A DNA stretch of 63,583 nucleotides, filler included, from Octopus bimaculoides (GCF_001194135.2; 7 parts of 7 records of this genome joined end to end with filler, not necessarily neighbours in it), one strand, 5' to 3'; counted from the whole stretch's first letter, positions 1 to 12,501 are shown. A program made the numbers and translations. Notes: generated by a model not told the origin, from the sequence alone.

Positions 1-345
1 GGTACATTCTTCGCCAGGGTAGGTTTTGGCATTTATAAGCCGCCCTCTTTCCCTATTTCTGGCGAGGATGTAGTCGATTTGGCTAGAGTGTCTGCCGGAG
101 CGGTAGGTGACTAGGTGACTGGCAGGTTTCCTAAAGTTGGTATTGCAGACCATAAGATTGGTTGCATCACAGAACTCCAGCAGTCTGGTTCCCTCCTCGT
201 TGCGGGAACCGAAGCCATAGCCTCCATGTATGCCATGGAAGCCCCCAGCACGACGTCCGACATGACCGTTGAAGTCTCCAGCCACAAAGAGAAGGTCCCT
301 GTCACTCGTCGACGAGGTAGTTTGCAAGAGGACAGCTAATTTGTC
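1..345 (-). mobile_element. RTE-clade LINE apurinic endonuclease fragment
   Basis: Minus-strand frame reads DLLFVAGDFNGHVG...GYGFGSRNEEGTRLLEFCDATNLMVCNTNFRK...TYRSGRHSSQIDYILAR, the APE motifs of RTE LINEs; runs off the window edge. Confidence 0.88.
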
Positions 346-500
346 TCCTAGAATTTTGGCCATGCTGGAGCACTGTCATCAAAAGTTATTAGTCAATCAT
401 ATTAGATCAGTCCCAGTATTTATCAATTTTATTAGGATTCAGTATAACAAAAATGAGACATGAGCATATATATGTACACATATTTCTGTACCAACATACA

Positions 501-581
501 TAAGTCCTGGGGTCGATTTGCTCGACTAAAAGTGGTGCTCCAGCATGGCCGCAGTCAAATGACTGAAACAAGTAAAAGAGA
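501..581 (+). mobile_element. SINE family 1, 3' tail fragment
   Basis: Matches the tail (gtcctggggtcgatttgctcgactaaa...cagtcaaatgactgaaacaagtaaaagag) of the fuller copies at 15380-15943 and 36257-36692. Confidence 0.85.
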
Positions 582-1357
582 GACATGTATGTATCAGCTT
601 CTGCACAGTTTTAGGCTACCAAATTCCACATACAAAGTATTGGCCAAATTAATGCTATAATGAATATTTATTTATTTATACATACATACATACATACATA
701 CATACATACATACACACATACATACCCACACACCCACTCACCCACTCACTCATTCACTCACCCATTCACTCACTCTCTCACTCTCTCTGATGATTGTATA
801 CTTAGCTTATGAGATTGTTACTCAATATCATGATTCATATGCTTGGCTTTTCTAGCTACAGCTGTAAAAGACCCTGTGTATTTATATTCTCTATGTAAAT
901 TAAATGGTTTTTGAGTGATGCCAAATGCTTTGCTATTTCATTGTTCATTTTAATCTTTATTTGCCCACTCAAGGAGAAACCACTTCTTGTCACCTTTGGT
1001 ATGCATTTTCAGCACTGCATTCTTCAGTTGCATTTGAAACCAGAATTCTAGTAGTAAATCAAACTGAGCACTCATAGTATATACCAATTACATTTCGTCA
1101 ATTGATGAAAATTCCTTTTATATTCTCTCTCTCTCCAGTTATATATATATATATATATATATATAAATACAGTGTACATTTAAACACATAAGAGGTATCC
1201 ATCATAGGATTCCCTCATGCTAGAAAGAACAGCTAAGTACCAAAACCACTATTAGGGATAGTCTTTGGACTAAATTTTTACACACTAGGCCACTGGTAGT
1301 AGAAATTTCTAATATTTCTATTCCCCTTCGATGTTATTAATATATATGTATATATAT

Positions 1358-1616
1358 AATTATAATTTAGGATATCTAAGAGATACCACCATGCTGGAAA
1401 TAGCAGTCAAAGCTTGACTCTAAAACCTGAGGCAAAGCATTTCTTATGCAGAGCCAGAAATCCAGGATCTGGAATTATCCAGTAATTTTTGCTTGTTTAT
1501 TTTGTCTCTTTGTCTTCTCTCCTGGTGCTATATGAACATTTATTGTGGTTTTAGAGTCAAGCTTTGACTGCTATTTTCAGCATGGTGGTATCTCTTAGAT
1601 ACCCTAAATTATAATT
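1358..1616. mobile_element. MITE-like foldback, ~69-bp near-perfect terminal inverted repeats
   Basis: 1358-1426 is the near-exact reverse complement of 1548-1616; ~120-bp spacer; AT/TA-rich flanks. Confidence 0.75.
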
Positions 1617-2098
1617 TTAAATAATCATTACCTTTGATGGTTTTTCTTCCCATGCTGGCCACTTGATAAGATCGGTATTTAAATATCGATCTTATCCTTA
1701 TTTATATAAATATATATATATATATATATATAAGCAAAGAATTGCCAATAGTTTAAATTTGTTTAGATATAGCGACAAAATGAATACTACTAGCTTTCGT
1801 ACACTAATTTGGGCACAAAAAGATAGTAACAAAGTATATTCGATTGGCTGGGAAATGATTAGTAAGGCAAAACCTTACAGAATGGGTGATGACAGATGCA
1901 ACTTTGGTATGGTAGAAATGTGCCAAATTCTCACTTCTAAATTTACTGTTATAAACACAAGATAGGTACAGGCTCAAAGATGTCCACACATGAGAAAAGT
2001 TGTTTAAGCAATTTAAACAAACACGACTCACCATCTATAGTAACTATGCTAGTTACAATAATGATTATAATAATTGATGATATTTCTACTACTACTAC

Positions 2099-2140
<42 letters not shown>

Positions 2141-2743
2141 GTAAAATACCTCTGAATGAAATAATGTACTCCATACAGCAACGTGTAAACAAAATGGCTA
2201 AAATGAATTGAAATCCAAATAAACATTTTAAAATCATGATTCAACTGTAATACCAGCAGAGGTGATTATAAGACCAGCATTCCATTGAATATAAGCAGTA
2301 ACACTATTACCTTCAACTGAATACCAATGCAGGATGCTTGTTTGAATCACCCTTGATGAATGCATAATTGCATCCAAAACAATGTGTAGTCATTGCAGTT
2401 TATATATATGTTAGTCAGATGTATATGCCATAGAAAACTTTTAAACAAGTTTTTGGATATGAATAAATCTCCACTCTCCTCTTCATTATTAACATTATTA
2501 TATATATATATAAAGTCATAAATGACAGAGAAACAGTTAGATGAAATTTTATTTAACAATAAGAAAATTCAAATATAACGACAAATTGTTTCATAACTTA
2601 AAAGTATATAAATAATTTATATTATTATATTCAATAATAAATAAATTACCTACATGTCTTCATTAATGCAAAATGCAAAAAGTCCTTGAAAACAGAGAGA
2701 GAGAAGTCAATAAACAACCTTTATTTATGAGTACTACCAGGAG

Positions 2744-2796
<53 letters not shown>

Positions 2797-3986
2797 TGGT
2801 TGAGGGATTACTAAGGTGATTGGTGATTTGCTGTACTTAAGCAGACCATCCATCTCAATAAAAATTAGGCCCTAAAAGCATATTGTTCATGTGTTTATGC
2901 CTGTGTTCATACACCCAATCTTTCCCAATTGAGTCTCTCCCCACAACTTCTTTTCCTAACACCTATCCGCTTCTGACCGTGGCATTATTCCTTCAGTTGC
3001 TTTAATTATATTAGAGCAGAACTGCACAAATTTTATTCCATGCTCCCCTACTTTTCTTCTGCCAGTCATCACTCTTTGTCACCTGTATTTTCCTTTGTCA
3101 CCTGTATTTTCAGTATCACTCTTAAACACCTTATAATGGTTTCTATGTATTTGAACTGTCATTGGTCAGTTCAGGTCACGTTTTTAATTGTTTTTTTTTT
3201 TTTTAAGCTAGCAAAACAACATCAGTTATTTAATTGCATTGTTAGGTTCATATGTTGCTGAAAGGAAAACCTCAATATCCTTGTCCTACAGGACAAAGTC
3301 CTCAGTGCCACATAGAGCATCATATATACGGAACTCATAATTACCTACTATGCTTCACAAGAAACTGCTCCTCCTCCACCCACCTGCAGTATGCATCAAT
3401 AGGAACAGTGACCTGTCCTAGTGTTACCACAAGAGGTACTCCCTGCTAATGAACATCAAACCTCTAGTTATTGATAACCTGGATGTACCACTGTAAGCTT
3501 AGCTGGTCTACACACAAGAGCAGAGAATATAATCTCTGCTGCCTGTAGAGATTACCATATTGGTAATGTGAACTCATTTGAAAACTGACGTTATGAAATT
3601 GTCTACCCCAGCACATATAATGGTTGTGTTTGTTTCAGTATTCACACTCTTCAGAACAAGGACTAAGTCACTGATTGAGGCTGGCATCTTGCTTACCCTG
3701 CCGTGGTGTTCTTGCGTATATCGTTCTGTAGAGTGCCAGAAACGTGGTGACAACATTGTTTGCAACATGTGGACTTAATAAAATAGAATACCTGATGCTG
3801 CTTCCATAGCATAAGCAAACTATGTTAACTGAATTGACCAATGAACGCCTAAATATCTAGAAGCTATTTTAAATTACTTTTCAATTTTCTCCACCCTGTC
3901 ACTGAATGTCTAATGATGTGGATGTGTCCTACAGCCACGAAACTGTAATTTGCAACTCTATTAAAGTGTGTGTGATTTTAGATATG

Positions 3987-4026
<40 letters not shown>

Positions 4027-4332
4027 CACGTATATATACAGACATGTATATATATACACGTTTATATAAATATATATATATATATACATATATATACATA
4101 CACATATACACACACACATATACGTACATACATACATATTTAGTTTATACATAGATCTCCTTATGCATATATATATTCATATGCAAATTACACAGNNNNN
4201 NNNNNNNNNNNNNNNNNNNNNNNNNNNNNNNNNNNNNNNNNNNNNNNNNNNNNNNNNNNNNNNNNNNNNNNNNNNNNNNNNNNNNNNNNNNNNNNNNNNN
4301 NNNNNNNNNNNNNNNNNNNNNNNNNNNNNNNN

Positions 4333-4374
<42 letters not shown>

Positions 4375-4465
4375 GTATATATATATACACACACTAACAC
4401 ATATACGTACATTTCATAGCTCCTCACACACATGCACCCATCTTTCTCAACACCTGAATATACTG

Positions 4466-4499
<34 letters not shown>

Positions 4500-4744
4500 C
4501 ATGTATGCATTCTATGTGTGCATGTGTATATGAATGCATATGTGCACATGTATGTATGTATTGCATGTGTTTTTCTAAAAGTGCAGATCTGTGAATGAAT
4601 ATAGGTTGTTAGTGCAGAAAGAATGTTATCTTGAAAAAAGTCAAGAGGTCAATAAGAAAATGTGATCACTTTTAAGATTTTGGAGGTGGGGCTAGGGGGT
4701 GGGGGGCAGGAGGAATAGTTTCCCCTTCCTCATCCTTATCTTCA

Positions 4745-4785
<41 letters not shown>

Positions 4786-4861
4786 TCACCACCACTTCTA
4801 CTAACCCTACCACCACCAACATCACTTCTACTACCACCACTACTGCAACTACCACCGCCTT

Positions 4862-4910
<49 letters not shown>

Positions 4911-5154
4911 GCTACAATTTTAAAATGCTTTCTTTTAATAGTTATTATCATTGTTATTTTTTTTTTATGTTAAGTACAAAGCCACAGTTTTGACGGGAGG
5001 GTTTAGGGTTTTTTTTATTGACCCCCAGTTGCTGACTGGTACTTTGTTGCATCCATCTTTGAAATATGAAAAGTAATTGCATCCAGAATTCAAAGGGTCA
5101 TAGCTAAATACTGCCAGGCATTTTGTCTGTTGCTCCACTGATTCTGTCAAGCAA

Positions 5155-5185
<31 letters not shown>

Positions 5186-5245
5186 TAGAGAAAAACAACT
5201 TGTTTTAAATCTCTGAGTGAGAGAAATACAGTAACAGTACCAAAT

Positions 5246-5441
5246 AGTGATGTTTATATGCCAACAGAATGTGGCTGTCTTATAAAGGATGATGTTACTG
5301 TTGCTTTAGCCCCAGGAAATACTATATGGACATAAACTATTTGTCGATAGCCAGCTGGCAAAGATGTTTTCCTGGGGCTAAAACAATAGTAACATCATCC
5401 TTTAAAGGACTGCCACATTCTGTTCGCATATAAACATTACT
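5246..5441. repeat. Foldback element, ~75-bp inverted arms
   Basis: 5246-5319 pairs with 5368-5441 with few mismatches; the right half also resembles 52095-52200. Confidence 0.75.
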
Positions 5442-5449
5442 AATAATAA

Positions 5450-5640
5450 TCGTCATCATTTAATGCTCATTATCCTTGCTGGTATGGGTTGGAGGGTTTG
5501 ACTGGGCTGACAAGCTGGAAAGCTGCACCAGACTCTAGCCTCATTTGGCATGATTTCTATGGCTGGATGCCCTTCCTAACGCCAACCACTCCAAGTGTCT
5601 AATGGGTCCTTTTATGTTCTGGTACAGGTGCCAGTTGCGT
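5450..5640 (-). mobile_element. RTE-type LINE/SINE 3' end
   Basis: Shares gcatgggttgga...ggatgcccttcctaacgccaacc with copies at 10805-11050, 13523-14275 and 46955-47140; (GAT)n tail on the minus strand. Confidence 0.7.
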
Positions 5641-5942
5641 GGCACCAGTATCTACCACAACTATGATTTCACTTGGCTTGATGGATCTTCCTTCTCAAGT
5701 ACAAATAATAATAATAATAATAACAATGATGATGGTGGACTCTCCCGTTGAAGACGATGTATGAGCATTCAGTTTTTGCCGAATGGCCTGCACAAATGAT
5801 TTGTTTATAGGGAGCAAATATTCGTGCTGCATATTAGCTCACTCTCTCCATCAAATTGAAGTTGTCTGTATAGGTGCACAGGTGTACCATGCATCAGGTG
5901 TCCAAGTGCAACATCCTAACCACTAGGCCATGCACTCTCATG

Positions 5943-5979
<37 letters not shown>

Positions 5980-6218
5980 TGATGATAATGGTTTCAAAAT
6001 TTTGGCACAAGGCCAGCAATTTCAGGGGAAGGGTTAAGTCAATTACATTGACCCCAATGCCCAACTGGTACTTATTTTATCGACCCCAAAAGCATGAAAG
6101 GCCAATTCGATGTCGGCTGAATTTGAACTCAGAATGTAAAGATGGGTAAAATGCCTCTAAGCATTTTGCCAAGCATGCCAACAATTCTGCCATAGTAGTA
6201 GTAGTAGTAGTAGTAGTA

Positions 6219-6258
<40 letters not shown>

Positions 6259-6429
6259 CAATGCTTTCCATTGTAGGCACAAAACCTGAAATTTTGTTGT
6301 GGTGGGGTTTGTCACTTATTTTATTGAACCTGAAAAGATGAAAAGCAAATTTGATTTCAGCAGAATTTGAAATCAATAATAATGATAATAATAATAATAA
6401 TAATGATTTATTTCATTTTACATTTAATA

Positions 6430-7364
6430 ACCACAGATTTCCTTGAGCTTAACCAGTTGGGAATGTTCCTTAGCAGCTGACGATATGTGCAGCTCTGATT
6501 ATGAGCAGGAGTAGTGGGGAAGCATCACAGCCATGTGTTGAGAGGGATTCTGTCAGGGTTTAAATAATCCACCACTGGAAACAGAGGCATTTCATTCATC
6601 ATCCTTAACCCTTATTCAGGGAGCTTTTGAGTAGGATGGGCTGCTTGACCTGAAGAAATTTCTAAGTGGGCCCCACTTGCAAGGTCATGCACTGTTTATT
6701 TTGATATGAGATCACCATGTCATGCACATATGGTTGTGATGCATGTGCCTGATGTACCCTTATCCGATGGGTAAGTTATGATGGGTATATTGAGCTTTGT
6801 AACCCAACATCATTTTGATGGCATAATAATAATAATGACTGGCTCGCATTACTTCTGATCTTAACTGATTGGAAGTGTTAATCATGTACATTGTTTGGTA
6901 TAAAAGATGGGCTACAACAAATATTCTGCTCAATACCACAGATTTGCTTGTCAGTTATTTGACCTTAACCAGTTGAGCATGTCCTTCGGTGGCTGACGAT
7001 ATGTGCATCTCTGATCATGAGCAGAAGTAGTGGGGGAGTATCATAGCTATGTGTTGAGAGGAATTCTTTGGGGTTTGAGTAATTCACCCATGAAAACATG
7101 GGTATTTTGTTCAACATCCTTAAACAACCCTTATTCAGGGACCTTTTAGCAGAATGAGTTACTTGACCTGAAGAAAATTCTAATTCGACCTAATAAGGTC
7201 ATGTGTTGTTTATCTTGATATGAAATCACCATGTTACACACATATGGTTGTGACGCATGTGCCTGATGTACCTTTATCAGACGGGTAGTCATGATGGGTA
7301 TAATGGGCTTCGTATATTTTACCCCACAAGTGTCACTTTGATAGCATGCACTGCTCTCTCACTC

Positions 7365-7365
<1 letters not shown>
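6430..7365 (+). repeat. Two adjacent copies of a ~400-450-bp interspersed repeat ending in (AAT)n (third copy at 45970-46375)
   Basis: Alignable blocks ccacagatttg...gaccttaaccag...agtagtgggg...cccttattcaggg...gacctgaagaaa...catatggttgtg...gatgggtat. Probably a non-LTR element 3' UTR (inference). Confidence 0.75.
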
Positions 7366-7402
<37 letters not shown>

Positions 7403-8338
7403 TAATAATCTCAAGTTTTGGCACAAAGCCAGCAATTTCATGGAATGCATAGGTCTATTAGATCAACCCTAGTGCTCAACTAGTATTTATTTTAACAACC
7501 CCAAATGGATGAAAGGCAAAATTGACATCGGCAGTATTTGAACTCAGAACATAAAGATGGATGAAATGCTGCTAAACATTTTTGCCTGGTGTAGGTGGTG
7601 GCACTTAGAGATGTACCTGAATGGTCAACAGTTGTGACCATTTGTGAGGCATGTTTGTTGTAGCTCATCACTAATGAAGCCAAAATCTTGGGTCATGCAA
7701 AGACCAAAGCTGGGCACCTAGCATTTGCAGTGTTGTCAAAAAGAGGCATGACTGTATTTAAGAAAGTCACTTTGCTACCACATAGTTTCAGGTTCAGTCC
7801 CACTGAAGCAAGAAGAACATTACCAATATTAATATTGGTGATAATAATAATAATAATCCTTTCTACTGTAGGCACAAGGCCTGGAATTTTAGGGGAGGGG
7901 GTGAGTCGATTATATCAATCCCAGTGCTCAACTGATGCTTATTTTACTGACCCCAAAAGGATGAAGGGCAAAGCCAACCTTGGTGGAACTTGAACACAAA
8001 ATGCAAAGACGGACGAAATGCCGATAAGTGTTTTGCGTGGTATCCTAATGATTCTGCCAACTTACTGCCTTAATTAATTAATAATAATAATAATAATAAT
8101 AATAGTTTCAAATTTTGGCACAAAGTCAGCAAGTTTGAGGGAGGGGACTAGTCAATTACATCAACCCCAGTGTTCAACTGGTACTTATTTTATCGACCCC
8201 GAAAGGATGAAAGGCAAAGTTGACCCCAGCGGAATTTGAACTCGGAATGTAAAGCCAGATGAAATGCCACTAAGCATTTTTCCCAGTGTGCTAACGATTC
8301 TGCCAGCTCATTGCATTTGTAGCAATAATAATAATAAT

Positions 8339-8562
8339 AATACAATTAAACCTTGGGAGAGGCATTATGCCGGTAATAAACACACGCACTGGTTCAGTCC
8401 TTTATTAATTTATATAGTTTTTTGTTAAATTATTTCATTGCACTCTTGCAATCTCTTCAGTAACTTGTCTCTCCACTTCCATTTATTTTGAATGTATGAT
8501 CTGGCGTTGTTTTGGCATTGTTTATTACCGGCATAATGCCTCTCCCAAGGTTTAATTGTATT
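8339..8562. repeat. Perfect 44-bp inverted repeat
   Basis: 8339-8382 is the exact reverse complement of 8519-8562 (core tacaattaaaccttgggagaggcattatgccggtaataaac). Confidence 0.9.
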
Positions 8563-8639
8563 TCTTTCAACACACGTATCGACATCAAGAATCTTGCACA
8601 CGAAATACACATACAAAAAATAATAATAATGATAATAGG

Positions 8640-9120
8640 CTAATTGACCAGACATAATTATTAAAGACAGGGAAGAAAAGACTTGTAGACTAATAGATGT
8701 AAGTGTTCCTACTGATAAAAATATATCTGTAAAGGAATTTGACAAATTAAGTTAATATAAGGACCTGGAAATTGAAATAGAAAAGTTTAGCATCTTAAAG
8801 CAAGAAGCGTTCCTGTTATTTTAGGTACCCTAGGTATGATAAAAAAGTGATGTCAGAAATATCTAGGTAAGATCCCAGGAGAAACATGTCTCAGAGAAAT
8901 CCAATAGATTGTACTGACAAGTACTGCTCACATCCTTAGAAAAACCCTTTCCATTTAAATGTCTGTGTTGTATTACATTTGGATATTTCGCTACTTCCCT
9001 TCCCCAAGCTTTCAGTCATAATGTAACATCTCTTATCCTTCACTTGCCCCAGGACGCTGGGTGTGTATTGGCAAGTGACTGTAACTAACATGCAGATTAA
9101 AAGTAAAGAATAATAATAAT
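8640..9120 (+). mobile_element. R4/Dong-like non-LTR retrotransposon 3' fragment (restriction-like endonuclease), degenerate
   Basis: Reads PDIIIKDREEKTCRLIDVSVPTDKNISVKEFDKLS*YKDLEIEIEK...VPVILGTLG...STAHILRKTLSI*, an RLE PD-(D/E)xK-type domain; both ends lie in (AAT)n. Confidence 0.8.
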
Positions 9121-9351
9121 AGTAGGGAATCCTCTGTGTGATTTTGACCTGCTATGCAAGAAATAGCAGTCAAATCTCCTTCACCTCACACATCCTACTT
9201 TTGTCAGTATTATGGGATGGACACATTGGGTACATGCAATGCAGTGTAGTAGTCCCACATTCACAGAAATGGTGGGATGGTCATAGCTGGGTTGCCATTG
9301 ATCTGTAAGTCTGTCCAGTCAGGAATTGCCAGGAATTAAATAACTACTACT

Positions 9352-9382
<31 letters not shown>

Positions 9383-9854
9383 CTACCACCACTACCATCA
9401 CCACTACACCCTCCCCCTGCCACTTCTGCTTCTACTATCGATATTATTCCTCATCTTTGCTCACTAAATTCTACTTTTCGCTGATTTCAGCATTCCGTTG
9501 TCATATTACCAAGCAGCCTCCTTACAGGACTCCAAATTCTGTATTGATTGATCGATTGCCATCTTAAGTAACTTGTAGCTGAGTGATAGATCATTGAACT
9601 GGCTCGCTGTTCAATATAGTAGTTTAGATATCTACTTAGTTACCTTTTACCTACCTATATATCTTCCTGCATACCTATCTGTCTATCTTTATGACTAGCT
9701 ATTTATCTATTTAGCGCTCTGTCTCTCTGTATCACCGTGTTTCTGTTCATCTATCTGTTTGTTGGTCTGTCTATCTCTCTTCCTATATATATCTGTTTGT
9801 CTGTCTGGCTGCCTGTTTATCAGTTTGTTATATTTATATATACATATATATATA

Positions 9855-9954
9855 NNNNNNNNNNNNNNNNNNNNNNNNNNNNNNNNNNNNNNNNNNNNTT
9901 AATTAATTAANNNNNNNNNNNNNNNNNNNNNNNNNNNNNNNNNNNNNNNNNNNN
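9855..9954. other. Artificial assembly spacer N44-TTAATTAATTAA-N44
   Basis: Identical 100-nt spacers also at 32989-33088, 47165-47264, 55313-55412, 56469-56568 and 62295-62394; TTAATTAATTAA has stops in all frames. Confidence 0.9.
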
Positions 9955-9974
9955 ATCCACATACTTATTGCAGT

Positions 9975-10077
9975 GGTCCTTTAGTTTCTCAAAGCATGTT
10001 AAAGAACTCAGAAGGCTGGTCCTCCAGCCAGGCCTTTTGTGACACCCTTAAAGCCAGGAACTTTTCTGAACCCCTGC
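9975..10077 (-). mobile_element. Mariner-type terminal remnant in the CAT intron after exon 9 (homologue at ~31165-31275)
   Basis: Minus strand reads ta-tgcaggggttcagaaaagttcctggct, resembling Tc1/mariner TIR starts; a diverged copy sits at the same position in copy B. Confidence 0.5.
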
Positions 10078-10205
10078 ATATATATATATATATATATATA
10101 TGTTTGTGTGTATGTGTGTGTGTGCCTGTGTGTGTTTGTGTGAGTGTGTGTACGTATGTATGTATGCATGCATGCATGTATGTGTGTATGTATATGCTTA
10201 CTTAC

Positions 10206-10308
10206 CGTAAGATAACAACACACTTGGCCACAAACGAGTAAGCTAGGAGAGTTCCAATGGACATCATATCCACCAGTTCAGTGAGATCAAAAATGAGAGC
10301 AGTCAGAC
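10206..10308 (-). CDS. SLC7A1-4-like: CAT copy A exon 9
   Basis: cag/gtaag boundaries, 103 nt; [35 protein letters not shown] matches the CAT motif [12 protein letters not shown]. Confidence 0.93.
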
Positions 10309-10804
10309 CTGAAATAATGTAAGATGGACACAAGAAGAATGATGAAAATATTAGTTAAATATTAACCCAGGGACAAATATACATCCCTAGGAAACTAGAA
10401 AACTGGCCCTATGCTCCTCACAGAATAATGTGGCCTAATCAGTTCCATATATAGGAGAGATGTTAATCTAAATGAAGTTGGGGTAGTTTTTCTGTTGATT
10501 GGGCTACTTTCAATTGCTTTCATTTTTTGTTTCCTTTTATTATTATAGATTTTGGTTGTTTTACATTTTTTTTTTGTTTTTACATGAAGAGGGTTCAAGG
10601 AATTTTTTTTTGGGGGGGGGGGTTAAATAGGTCACAAGGTCACCGGTTAGTTTGGGAAAGGGTGTATTTATGTATCACAAGCACCGGAGACGTCTCAAAC
10701 TCGACAACAAGGTTTCTTATATTTAGGGAAGAAGGTACAAGGCAACAGAATAGGTCATCCCTTAACCATGAGTATGACTTGATCAGAGTACAAATAACTT
10801 CCTC

Positions 10805-10815
10805 ATCACCACCAA

Positions 10816-10872
<57 letters not shown>

Positions 10873-11250
10873 TATCATCCTCCTTTAATGTCCATTTTCC
10901 ATGCTGGCATGGGTTGGATGGTTTGACCAGGGCTGGCAAGCAGGAGAGCTGCACCAGGTTCCACTCTAATTTGGTCTGCTTTCTACGGCCAGATGTCCTT
11001 CCTAACGCCAATCACTTTGCAATGTGTGTCGGGTGCTCTTAACATGGCATCAGCATTTTACATAATTCGAGCTGACCGAATTGTTAGCAAATCGGGCAAA
11101 ATGCTCATCGGCATTTTGTCCATCATTACATTCTGAGATCAAATTCCACCGAGGTCAATTTTGTCTTTCATCCTTTCAGTGTCAATAAAATGAGTACCAG
11201 TTATGCACTGCGGGGGGTGTAATTGACTTCACCCTGCATCAAAACTTCAG
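10805..11250. mobile_element. RTE-type 3' end (minus) followed by SINE family 2 (plus) in copy A intron 8
   Basis: (CAT)n then tttaatgtccattttccatgctggcatgggttgga...; then ttctgagatcaaattccaccgaggtcaattttgtctttcatcc. Confidence 0.7.
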
Positions 11251-11410
11251 GCTCGTGCTTATAGTAGAAATGGTTATTTAAAACTAATTGCGGACTGAGA
11301 GACAGATGGACAGTTGGACAGACAGACTGAGAGACTGACAGACAGACAGATAGCCTGACTGGGAGACAGACAGACAAATACGTAAATAAATAAAGTAGAA
11401 GCTGAATGAC

Positions 11411-11550
11411 CTGCAAAGAGTCCAGCGACCACCGTTGCCAGGACAGGGGTCTTGGACTTGTCTGATACTTGAGAAAGGGCACCGAAGATTATGCGGTCCT
11501 CAGCCATTGCATACACAATCCTGGGTAAGGGAAATATTGAACCTACCATG
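11411..11550 (-). CDS. SLC7A1-4-like: CAT copy A exon 8
   Basis: cag/gt boundaries, 140 nt; SMVGSIFPLPRIVYAMAEDRIIFGALSQVSDKSKTPVLATVVAGLFA. Confidence 0.93.
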
Positions 11551-12205
11551 CTGAAATATATAAAGAGGTTGGTGGGGATATAGAATATAATAGTGATGGT
11601 GGTTTTGGTCATCATTGGAATATCTTTGATCATGGCAGTGAATAAATGTATTTATGTGTGTATGTGTTATTTTGTATGTATAGTGAAACAGAGAAATANN
11701 NNNNNNNNNNNNNNNNNNNNNNNNNNNNNNNNNNNNNNNNNNNNNNNNNNNNNNNNNNNNNNNNNNNNNNNNNNNNNNNNNNNNNNNNNNNNNNNNNNNN
11801 NNNNNNNNNNNNNNNNNNNNNNNNNNNNNNNNNNNNNNNNNNNNNNNNNNNNNNNNNNNNNNNNNNNNNNNNNNNNNNNNNNNNNNNNNNNNNNNNNNNN
11901 NNNNNNNNNNNNNNNNNNNNNNNNNNNNNNNNNNNNNNNNNNNNNNNNNNNNNNNNNNNNNNNNNNNNNNNNNNNNNNNNNNNNNNNNNNNNNNNNNNNN
12001 NNNNNNNNNNNNNNNNNNNNNNNNNNNNNNNNNNNNNNNNNNNNNNNNNNNNNNNNNNNNNNNNNNNNNNNNNNNNNNNNNNNNNNNNNNNNNNNNNNNN
12101 NNNNNNNNNNNNNNNNNNNNNNNNNNNNNNNAGGAAGAGCAAGAGGGAAAGAGCAGAATAGGGAGAGAGCAGGAGAGAGAGACAGACAGACAGAGACACT
12201 GAAAG

Positions 12206-12240
<35 letters not shown>

Positions 12241-12501
12241 ATGAAAGAGAGATAGAAATAGAGTGAGAGAGAGTGAAAGAGAGTGAGAGAGGGAGAAAGA
12301 GAGAGAGGGTGAGAAAGAGAGAAGAGGAGGGAGACAAGAAGAGAGTGTGTGTGTGTGTGTGTGCGTATGTGTGTGTGTGTGTGATCGGTGTTGTGACCAT
12401 GTGGTCAGGAAGCAAACTTCTTAACCACATAACCATTCCTGAATAAACATTTCCTAAACTAAAGAACATTAAGACTATGACAAGCTACAAGAACTGCTTA
12501 C

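Larger units (their letters stand above)
4975..8315 (-). mobile_element. Cluster of six SINE family 2 copies (approx. 4975-5125, 5990-6195, 6262-6375, 7410-7590, 7858-8070, 8105-8315)
   Basis: Each is the reverse complement of the head and central domain of the plus-strand copy at 30180-30395 (ggcggcgagctggcagaatcgttagca...ttctgagttcaaattccgccgaggtcgac...cctttcatcc); most abut an (AAT)n tract. Confidence 0.8.

Noticed and set aside
1548-1560. GTTTTAGAG resembling a Cas9 CRISPR repeat start
   Set aside because: Single occurrence, part of a MITE arm; no repeat-spacer array or cas genes; eukaryotic context.
9500-9578. Candidate alternative exon 10 for copy A (cag then R-YKLLKMAIDQSIQNLESCKEAAW*)
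   Set aside because: Lies across the artificial spacer at 9855-9954, has a weak acceptor and shows no similarity to CAT or to copy B exon 10.
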